DNA of 64,000 nt from an uncultured Hyphomicrobiales bacterium (GTDB lineage Bacteria > Bacteroidota > Ignavibacteria > Kapaibacteriales > UBA2268), in contig CAYVTD010000003.1 of assembly GCA_964454445.1 (NCBI GenBank), positions 7,300-71,299 on the forward strand, given 5' to 3'. The position numbers were made by a program, and so were the translations under genes. The notes under the pieces were generated by a model. That model ran no database searches, was not told the origin of the DNA, and saw only the letters and a list, made by a program, of their open reading frames with translations. Shown here in pieces: positions 56,544-64,000 of the stretch (positions within the stretch are counted from its first letter, which is position 1; the number at the start of each line of letters is the position of its first letter).

Positions 56544-58487
56544 ATGCAGGCATTAGAAAGCATCAAAAAACGACTTGAAGTACTGCAGGCACGCTACCCT
56601 AAGCAAGAGGATTATTATATACCAGCGCTTTGGTCGAATCCGCAAATAACAACGAATGAAAGTGTTGTTCGAGTCGATCCATATAAATTTTTCATTGGAA
56701 AAATTGAAGAAATAAAAGCAAGCGAAAGTGAAAGGCAATCTTCAGCAATTCCCTTTGTTTACAATATGTTGCTGCGATATACAACTGCTTTTGACCACGA
56801 AGGAGATGGACATTTAATTCGAAAGTTTTCCCGAACTGGCTTTCGAAAAAACGGTACATTTTTAAAGGGTATCGCCTTGTTACCATACATCAAATCGCTT
56901 GGTGTTAATACTGTTTATCTACTGCCCGTTACTTCAATTGGCATCGATGGCAGAAAAGGGACGCTCGGCTCGCCTTATGCTATTAAAAATCCGTATCTTC
57001 TCGATGAAAATTTGTCCGAGCCTTTGTTGGAAACGACTGTTGAAGAGCAATTTAAGGCATTTGTCGAAGCTGCGCATCATCTTGGAATGGATGTCATTCT
57101 CGAATTTGTATTTCGCACGGCAAGTATTGACAGCGATTTGGCTTTGGAGCGACCTAATTGGTTTTATTGGATAAAAAAGGAAGTCAAAGATCGTGAGCAA
57201 GTTAAAATTGATAAAAACACGTATGGCGCACCCGATTTTACTGAAGAAGAATTGTTGGAAATAAAAGAAAAAGTTGAAAACGGTGATTTTAGCGAGCTTT
57301 TGCCGCCGCACAAATATTACAGTAATTTATTTATTTTACCTCCTGAAACTGTTTCTTTGCAAAACGGGAAAATCATTGGTTTTAACAATGGTAAGCCAAT
57401 ATCGAGAATTCCTTCAGCTTTTGCTGATTGGCCCCCAAATGATACACAACCGCCCTGGAGCGATGTTACCTATTTAAGGCTATATGACCATAAGGACTTT
57501 AATTATATTGCATATAATACAGTTAGAATGTATGACGAAGAACTTGCCCAAGAAAAATATATTGTTAAAGACCTTTGGGAAAGCATTTGTGGGATAATCC
57601 CTTATTATCAAAGAACTTTTGGTATCGATGGAGTTTTGCTCGATATGGGACATTCGCTTCCAAGCAAGCTAAGAGCAAGAATAACTTCAGAGGCACGCAT
57701 TTTAAACAAGCATTTTAAGTTTTGGGAAGAGAATTTCTCGCTTAATGAAAAATCGGTCGAAGATGGATACGATGCCGTTGTGGGTTATCTACCCTTCGAT
57801 GCACATATACCACAAAAATTGAACGACTTGCTTAAACGGCTTGCTTCAGAAGGCAGCCCTTTGCCTTTTTTTGCAACAGCAGAAACTCACAACACTCCTC
57901 GGGCAGCTTCACGTGCTTATGGAGTTAAATTCTCAAAATTTATTTGGACTTTCAATTGCTTTCTTCCTGAGATATTGTTCATTCATTCCGGTTATGAGCT
58001 TGGGGAATCTGTGCCTGTAAATACTGGGCTCGGTTTCACTCCAGAGGAGCAAAGCAAATATCCTGCTGAAAAATTGCCTCTTTTTTCAGAAGCTGAGCTT
58101 TGCTGGAGCAACAAGGAACAATGGACAGAGTATCTAAGAAAAATTGTTGATATACGCAATCAATATCTTGAAATTATTGAAAATACATCTCCCAATTCAA
58201 TCATACCTCTCCAAACCTCAAGTGATGAATGTGTGGCTTTTTTGAGGATTTCGGCGGATAAAACTTTGGTTGTGCTATTTGCAGGTAGTATGAAACAAGA
58301 AAAAGCGATAAATCTTGAAATATCAATGAATAGCGAATTTGCAAAATTTTTCAGTTTTATATCTGGGAAGTCTTTTGAAACGGAAGATGGCATCCTGAAA
58401 ATTCCTCTGGAGCCATTTCAAGCTGTTTGCGGTGAGCTTGTGCAAATGAACGTTTCTACTCCTTTAATGCCTGCGAACCAACTTTAA
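56544..58487 (+). CDS. Alpha-amylase-family (GH13-like) protein
   Basis: LGVNTVYLLPVTSIG...GSPYAIKNPYLLDENL resembles GH13 beta2/beta3 regions. The start MQALESIKK is chosen to avoid overlap with the TPR gene. Confidence 0.45.
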   Translation: MQALESIKKRLEVLQARYPKQEDYYIPALWSNPQITTNESVVRVDPYKFFIGKIEEIKASESERQSSAIPFVYNMLLRYTTAFDHEGDGHLIRKFSRTGFRKNGTFLKGIALLPYIKSLGVNTVYLLPVTSIGIDGRKGTLGSPYAIKNPYLLDENLSEPLLETTVEEQFKAFVEAAHHLGMDVILEFVFRTASIDSDLALERPNWFYWIKKEVKDREQVKIDKNTYGAPDFTEEELLEIKEKVENGDFSELLPPHKYYSNLFILPPETVSLQNGKIIGFNNGKPISRIPSAFADWPPNDTQPPWSDVTYLRLYDHKDFNYIAYNTVRMYDEELAQEKYIVKDLWESICGIIPYYQRTFGIDGVLLDMGHSLPSKLRARITSEARILNKHFKFWEENFSLNEKSVEDGYDAVVGYLPFDAHIPQKLNDLLKRLASEGSPLPFFATAETHNTPRAASRAYGVKFSKFIWTFNCFLPEILFIHSGYELGESVPVNTGLGFTPEEQSKYPAEKLPLFSEAELCWSNKEQWTEYLRKIVDIRNQYLEIIENTSPNSIIPLQTSSDECVAFLRISADKTLVVLFAGSMKQEKAINLEISMNSEFAKFFSFISGKSFETEDGILKIPLEPFQAVCGELVQMNVSTPLMPANQL

Positions 58488-60242
58488 AAAATCATCAACT
58501 TTGAGCGTGTTTACAACATCATCGCAAGAAAGCATTCCTTTTCGCGCGACTTTAACGCCTGTGAAAACATCGCTTAATGTGCTGATGCGATGCGAATCGG
58601 GATTAATCGATATTTTAACTCCAAGTTTTTTTGCATAGCGCGTATTTTGCCAATTCAAATCCAATCGATAAGGATTGCTGTTAATTTCAATTATTTTACT
58701 ATACTCGGCTGCAGCTTCTATAACTTTTTCCATATCAACAGGGTAGGCTTCGCGAGAAAGCAAAAGTCTGCCTGTTGGGTGCCCAAGCATTGTTGTATAT
58801 GGATTTTGCAAAGCAGTAATTATTCGCTGTGTCATTTTCTCTTTGTCCATCTTAAAATGGCTATGAACGGAAGCAACGACCACATCGAAAAGTTCGAGAG
58901 TGCTTTCGTCATAATCCAAAGAACCATCGGGTAGTATGTCCGATTCAATGCCTTTGAGTATCACTATGCCGTGGTCTTGAGCATTTAAGCGGTCAATTTC
59001 TTCGTGTTGCAGGCGGACCTTTTCGGGAGAAAGCCCGTTAGCATAGACGGCACTTTGGCTGTGGTCGCATATTATAAAATATTTGAAACCTAATTCCTTT
59101 GATTTTAAAGCCATTTCGAGGATGGTGTTTGCTCCATCGCTCCAAGTGCTATGGCAATGCACCATACCCTTCAGATCGTTTTCACAAATTAACTCCTGTA
59201 ATTTATTTTCTTTTGCAAGCTCAATAATCTCCGGATCTTCGCGTAATTCAGGCTCAACAAATTGAATCCCGGCGAGCTTGTATAGTTCTTCTTCATTTTT
59301 TAATGCAATCGTTGTCCCATCTTTTTTTAGTTCATTTTCACCAATATCATAACCATTGTCTGAAAATAATTTATTGAATGAAAGAAGGTAATCGTCGTTG
59401 CCTGTCGATTGATGGAGACGCCAGAAAAAGTTATTATGTGAACAAATTTCAATTTGTACAGGAATATTATTCTCAGTCTCAAAATAGAAATAATTATTCT
59501 TTTGCAAAGCCATAAAAGCTCTTTTAAGCTCTTTGGATACATCGCTGTCAGCCGATGCGACAAGCCTAATCTCGCGAATAGTCTCGACAAATCGACGAAA
59601 ATCAGAAGTCAGGCTAGTATTGGACATACCGGGAATGTCTGATAAAGTTTTTAAAATCTTCTCGATATCTTGTTTTATAGATTCTTGTGAAAATCGTCCG
59701 ATATTTGCTTTGATATGCCCAATACCTATAAAAATAATCTCCTGGCTTTTTGTGTTAAAGCCTTTTACTTTTGCAAGCTCCCCGTTTTTGCACATATTGT
59801 CGAGATCTTCAATTCCTCTGACTCCATATTCGCGGAAAAGCATTCCAGCTTTTTTCGGACCAATTCCAGGAAGTTTAATTACTTTTAATAAGCCAATAGG
59901 AATTTCCTCTTTGATTTTCTCGAAATACTTCATTTCCCCATTCAGGACATAATCGGTGATTTTTTCTTGCAATGCCTTGCCAAAACCTTTTATTTCGGCA
60001 AGAGTTCCTTGTCGAACTGCATTCTCGATGTCGATATTTTGGTTTTTTATTATATCTGCAGCATTGCTGTATGCACGCGATTTAAATGGATTTTCGCCCT
60101 TTATTTCGAGAAGTAGAGCCAGGTCGTGTAATATTTTTATTATTTGTTCATTCATTTCTTTTTCCTTATCTGCTATCATCAGTTTTCCAAAGTTAAGCCA
60201 ATATCCATAAAAGAAAAAATCAGGTTTTAAATTATTTCTCAT
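58464..60242 (-). CDS. polX: DNA polymerase/3'-5' exonuclease PolX (Pol beta-like domain plus PHP domain)
   Basis: N-terminal HhH/Pol-X region and a C-terminal PHP motif MVHCHSTWSDG. Confidence 0.85.
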   Translation of the reverse strand: MRNNLKPDFFFYGYWLNFGKLMIADKEKEMNEQIIKILHDLALLLEIKGENPFKSRAYSNAADIIKNQNIDIENAVRQGTLAEIKGFGKALQEKITDYVLNGEMKYFEKIKEEIPIGLLKVIKLPGIGPKKAGMLFREYGVRGIEDLDNMCKNGELAKVKGFNTKSQEIIFIGIGHIKANIGRFSQESIKQDIEKILKTLSDIPGMSNTSLTSDFRRFVETIREIRLVASADSDVSKELKRAFMALQKNNYFYFETENNIPVQIEICSHNNFFWRLHQSTGNDDYLLSFNKLFSDNGYDIGENELKKDGTTIALKNEEELYKLAGIQFVEPELREDPEIIELAKENKLQELICENDLKGMVHCHSTWSDGANTILEMALKSKELGFKYFIICDHSQSAVYANGLSPEKVRLQHEEIDRLNAQDHGIVILKGIESDILPDGSLDYDESTLELFDVVVASVHSHFKMDKEKMTQRIITALQNPYTTMLGHPTGRLLLSREAYPVDMEKVIEAAAEYSKIIEINSNPYRLDLNWQNTRYAKKLGVKISINPDSHRISTLSDVFTGVKVARKGMLSCDDVVNTLKVDDFLKLVRRH

Positions 60243-60300
60243 TTTATACGTTAATATTACCGTTCATTAATAATAGAAATTTCAATAAAGGAGAATATAG

Positions 60301-60705
60301 ATGACTACAAAACAAATACTTGAAGATTACAAGACAGTTGCCGTTGTCGGTATGTCAAAGAATCATTCGAAGCCGGCTAATGAAGTGCCAATTCTATTAC
60401 ATAATAACGGTTACAATATTATACCGATCAATCCAACTGCTGATGAGATTGATGGTTTGAAATCATATAAATCCATTGCCGATGTGCCAGAGAAAATAGA
60501 AATCCTTGACGTTTTTCGTCCAAGCGAAGATGCTATTGAGATTACCAAGCAAGCTATCGCCCGGCGTAAGGAGAAAGGCGATATCAAAGTTATCTGGTTG
60601 CAGCTTGGCATTTTGAACGATGAAGCAAAAAAGCTTGCAGAAGAGAACGGAATTGATTTTATACAAGACAAATGTATGAAAATCGAGTTTAACAAGTATT
60701 TCTAG
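60301..60705 (+). CDS. CoA-binding domain protein (YccU-like)
   Basis: KTVAVVGMSKNHSKPANEV...YNIIPINP pattern. Confidence 0.7.
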   Translation: MTTKQILEDYKTVAVVGMSKNHSKPANEVPILLHNNGYNIIPINPTADEIDGLKSYKSIADVPEKIEILDVFRPSEDAIEITKQAIARRKEKGDIKVIWLQLGILNDEAKKLAEENGIDFIQDKCMKIEFNKYF

Positions 60706-61570
60706 GAAAGAACAAATCGTAAAGTAGCAAAAAATCTTCTGGCGAGAGTTCCTCTGCTCTTTTTGAAAAAAAGTCGAGTCCTTGCGACAAAGCCAAGGAT
60801 TCGACTTTACTGATTGTGCTGGTATTCTCTTTGCTAATCATTGTTTCTTCAGCTATTTCATTATTAGCATTAGTCTCTTTATATTTATTAATATATGAAC
60901 TTAAAGAATTCTTAAGTTTTTTTCTTCTTTGGCTGAAGGAAGCGCGTACCAATTCCATTATTTTGATATATTTTTCTCTCGACAATGTGTCATTACGAAA
61001 AGTTATTTCAACAACAGATGAAGTTACTTCAGGTTGAGGAAAGAAACAATGGGGCGAGACATCGAACAAAATTTTAGCATTTCCAATCAAATTGACAGCC
61101 ACAGTCAGTATCCCGTAATCTTTGGTTTTTTGGGCAGCATTGAGGCGTTGTGCAACTTCTTTTTGAAGCATAATGACTGCTTTTGATATACATTTATGAT
61201 TTTCTAATATTTTAAATAATATCTGACTCAAGATGTAATAAGGCAGGTTTCCGACAACTTTTATGCTATCAACACCGTTTTTTTTCACAATTTCCGGCAA
61301 ATCAACCTTCAAAAAATCCTGATAAATAATCTCAATATTCTGTTTACCGGAAAATTTTTCTTTTAAAACGCTAACTGCCCTTTGGTCGATTTCGTAAGCA
61401 AGCAAGTGGACATCTTCGGAAAGCAAATCTTCAGTCAAAAAACCTGTCCCGGCACCGATTTCGACTACAAAATCACCAGATTTGATTTGAAGGGCAGAAA
61501 CAATCTTTTTTGAAATGTTTTTATCGTGCAAGAAATTCTGACCGAGAGATTTTTTTGGCTTTATATTCAT
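60689..61570 (-). CDS. rsmA: 16S rRNA (adenine1518/1519-N6)-dimethyltransferase
   Basis: LGQNFLHD and VVEIGAGTGFLT motifs. Confidence 0.85.
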   Translation of the reverse strand: MNIKPKKSLGQNFLHDKNISKKIVSALQIKSGDFVVEIGAGTGFLTEDLLSEDVHLLAYEIDQRAVSVLKEKFSGKQNIEIIYQDFLKVDLPEIVKKNGVDSIKVVGNLPYYILSQILFKILENHKCISKAVIMLQKEVAQRLNAAQKTKDYGILTVAVNLIGNAKILFDVSPHCFFPQPEVTSSVVEITFRNDTLSREKYIKIMELVRASFSQRRKKLKNSLSSYINKYKETNANNEIAEETMISKENTSTISKVESLALSQGLDFFSKRAEELSPEDFLLLYDLFFPRNTC

Positions 61571-61609
61571 TAATCTATTACTTTAAAACATAAATACAGC
61601 TATAAATCA

Positions 61610-62500
61610 TTATTTCAAGAATACAAGTACTGCAACTCCGATAACCGCAATAATGGCGCCGGAAACCGATTTTATCGTCGGTTTTTCTTTGTAGAAAATA
61701 TAAGTAAGTGGAAGTATTATTATCGGAGTAGTTGACATCAAGGTTGAAGCGACTCCTACAATTGTATGTCGAATCGCCTCGAAGCTGAAAAATATTCCTA
61801 GATAAGGTCCGATAATCGAAGCGGCAAGCACCATCCAAAGGGCTTTGCTATCTTTATAAAAAAGTGTTATTGGATTGCTAAACCGCTTCATCAACATCGT
61901 TGTTGGAATAAGGACCAGGACTGCCGTGATGATTCGGTAAAATGTGGCTGTGATGCCATTTATATCGCCTTCTAAGAAAGCCATTTTTGCGACCACCAAG
62001 CCAGTGCCTTGTCCAGCAGCGGCAATAAAACCAAAAATAATACCAAGGCTAGATATCTTGAATTTACTGTTATTGTTCTCTCGTTCGAGGACAACAATAG
62101 AAATACCAATCAGAGTTATAACAATGCCTAAAACTCCAACGAGTGACAGCCCTTCATCGATTACAAAAAAAGCAAGAATTGCCGCTATTGCAGGATTGAA
62201 CGACATTATCAGCATAGTTATTCTTGGGCCAATATCTTTATATGCACGAAATAAAAAAGTATCGCCAATGACTAGTCCGATAATTCCGCTAAGTGATAAA
62301 TAAATTAGCTGATTACGTGATATTTGAAAACTTATGCCGGCTACGCACATCGTGCCTGCAAGCAATATCGATGCAGTTATCATTCTGTTTATATTCAAAG
62401 CTATCGAGCCAATCCTCCGGGAAACGGCTGTAAATAAAAAAGACGAAAACGACCACAAAATAGCAGCTGCAAGTGCGTACCCCTCACCAATAAAAGTCAT
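61610..62500 (-). CDS. EamA-family (DMT superfamily) transporter
   Basis: Ten predicted TM helices, duplicated EamA pattern. Confidence 0.75.
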   Translation of the reverse strand: MTFIGEGYALAAAILWSFSSFLFTAVSRRIGSIALNINRMITASILLAGTMCVAGISFQISRNQLIYLSLSGIIGLVIGDTFLFRAYKDIGPRITMLIMSFNPAIAAILAFFVIDEGLSLVGVLGIVITLIGISIVVLERENNNSKFKISSLGIIFGFIAAAGQGTGLVVAKMAFLEGDINGITATFYRIITAVLVLIPTTMLMKRFSNPITLFYKDSKALWMVLAASIIGPYLGIFFSFEAIRHTIVGVASTLMSTTPIIILPLTYIFYKEKPTIKSVSGAIIAVIGVAVLVFLK

Positions 62501-62559
62501 TTTTTTCTAAGCCAAAGTATCTATTTTAAAAAGAGTTATTTACAATATATATTTAATGC

Positions 62560-63339
62560 TTAATTCATCTGTTCAATTTCTGTCAGAATTTGCTTCCAAG
62601 AATTGACAGAGGCATCGGCTCTGCTTGTTTCTGGATTGCCCTGATTTAAAAAAGCTGTCGAATCGCCAGTGTAAAGTATAGCTTTCATACCAATGTCTTT
62701 AGCTCCAGCTATATCGGTGCGTTCTATATCTCCAATGTGAAGGGCTTCTTGAGGCAAACACTGCAATTCATCTAAAACTTTGAAAAACGCTTTGGGAGAT
62801 GGCTTTGACACTCCTGTCTCGTTGCTGAAACTAAATGCCGAAAAATAATCAAAAATTTCGTTTTTTTTCATCAATGTTCGCATTGCCGAGCCTGGTGAAA
62901 ACCCTGTATCGGATACAATTGCCAATTTATATTTTTGGCTTAATACTTCCAAAGCATTTTTAACACCTTCAATTATTTTAGGCGGAGAAGTTAAAATGCT
63001 TTGCTCAAAAGCTATTAGCACTTCCTCAATGGATTCGTTATCTTTGGGTAGTTTTAAAAAATCCCAAATGAAAATCAGCATTTCGCGGGGAGAAGGAGTC
63101 CGTTGTTCTTCTTTCCAAATATCATTAAAAGTAGCCCAAGAGGCTTGGACCGCTTTGCTGAACTCATCGCCCATCACTGTTATTCCGTGTTTGTCGATTG
63201 CGTTGAGTAATGCAATCTGGCGGGCATTATTCCTGCCTGTACCGTTGCTCGAATCGAATAATGTATTCCAAAAATCTATCGTTATCACTTTTAAAGGCAT
63301 ATCTCGAAAATCTTTATTGAATAAAACAGAACCAAGCAA
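62560..63339 (-). CDS. HAD-superfamily hydrolase
   Basis: Motif I DFWNT-like at the N-terminus. Motif IV region IGDIERTDIAGA. Confidence 0.65.
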   Translation of the reverse strand: MLGSVLFNKDFRDMPLKVITIDFWNTLFDSSNGTGRNNARQIALLNAIDKHGITVMGDEFSKAVQASWATFNDIWKEEQRTPSPREMLIFIWDFLKLPKDNESIEEVLIAFEQSILTSPPKIIEGVKNALEVLSQKYKLAIVSDTGFSPGSAMRTLMKKNEIFDYFSAFSFSNETGVSKPSPKAFFKVLDELQCLPQEALHIGDIERTDIAGAKDIGMKAILYTGDSTAFLNQGNPETSRADASVNSWKQILTEIEQMN

Positions 63340-63477
63340 AAATAAGGAAATTTCTGCAAAAATCCAGTTTTCATCTAAATAAATCGGATTTTTTTGTATT
63401 ATTCATAAATCATTGAAATTTGCTACTCTTAATTTTTTTTAGGAGATTTGTAATATATTAATTTATGAAAGAAGAAA

Positions 63478-64000
63478 ATGAATCTGGAGATTTGCGACAA
63501 TGCTATTATCAATTCGATTTTTGCTATGATCTTGATATTTTGTGCAAGAATCGTTGATGTTAGTATTGGTACCGTTCGCATTATACTTATTAGCAAGGGG
63601 TTCAAGCGGGTAGCACCCATTATTGGTTTTTTTGAGAGTTTCGTCTGGATACTTGCCATTGCACAAATAATGCAAAACCTTACAAATATTTTCAATTATT
63701 TTGCATTTGCAGCCGGTTTTGCCACCGGCACTTGGACAGGAATGAAAATCGAAGAGAAGCTGTCCATCGGCAAAGTCGCTCTTAGAGTTATCACCCGAAT
63801 GGAAGCTTATGATTTACTTGATAAGCTCTCAGATTTAAAAGATATTTCAATAACAAGTATGGATGCTGACGGTAAATATGGGCATGTCAAGATATTTTTC
63901 ATGGTGGTAAGGCGCAAACAAATCCCCGAATTGATTAGATTAATCAACGAATATAACCCCAAGGCTTTTTACACAATCGAAGATGTAAGATTTGTAAATG
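63478..64000 (+). CDS. UPF0316/DUF2179-family membrane protein (partial, runs off the right edge)
   Basis: Hand translation from the ATG at 63478 gives MNLEICDNAIINSIFAMILIFCARIVDVSIGTVRIILISKGF...GMKIEEKLSIGK.... No stop occurs before the window end. Confidence 0.5.
   Translation, partial: MNLEICDNAIINSIFAMILIFCARIVDVSIGTVRIILISKGFKRVAPIIGFFESFVWILAIAQIMQNLTNIFNYFAFAAGFATGTWTGMKIEEKLSIGKVALRVITRMEAYDLLDKLSDLKDISITSMDADGKYGHVKIFFMVVRRKQIPELIRLINEYNPKAFYTIEDVRFVN

Overview
This is a low-GC (~35%) chromosomal window that I assign to a flagellated, T9SS-bearing member of the Fibrobacteres-Chlorobi-Bacteroidetes group, most likely Ignavibacteria-like. The evidence is five secreted proteins with T9SS C-terminal sorting domains, a fliL-fliM-fliN-fliO block, cheR, and strong Shine-Dalgarno sites. 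Most genes are housekeeping: recG, purB, mltD, bamD, rel/spoT, tig, mrdA-like PBP2, tadA-rsmI-tmk, ksgA, polX, tRNA-Ser(GCU) and tRNA-Leu(UAG). Their products are envelope or secreted: a BNR-repeat sialidase-like protein with an apparent frameshift, a 1875-aa giant, an Ig-repeat protein, an arylsulfotransferase-like propeller and a sortilin-like propeller, plus a GH92 mannosidase. The most unusual structure lies at 31406..35018. There, five genes (proline dehydrogenase, STAS, a secreted endonuclease/exonuclease/phosphatase (EEP) family lipoprotein, a second STAS, and a CDGSH Fe-S protein) are enclosed by composite inverted repeats. Each repeat arm is a ~45-bp GC-rich terminal hairpin element plus tandem arrays of a 47-bp (left arm) or 37-bp (right arm) unit. 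The 47-bp unit carries a canonical G-quadruplex motif (GGGAGGGCAGGGGAGGG). An orphan NarL-type response regulator follows immediately. No transposase, integrase or CRISPR array is present.
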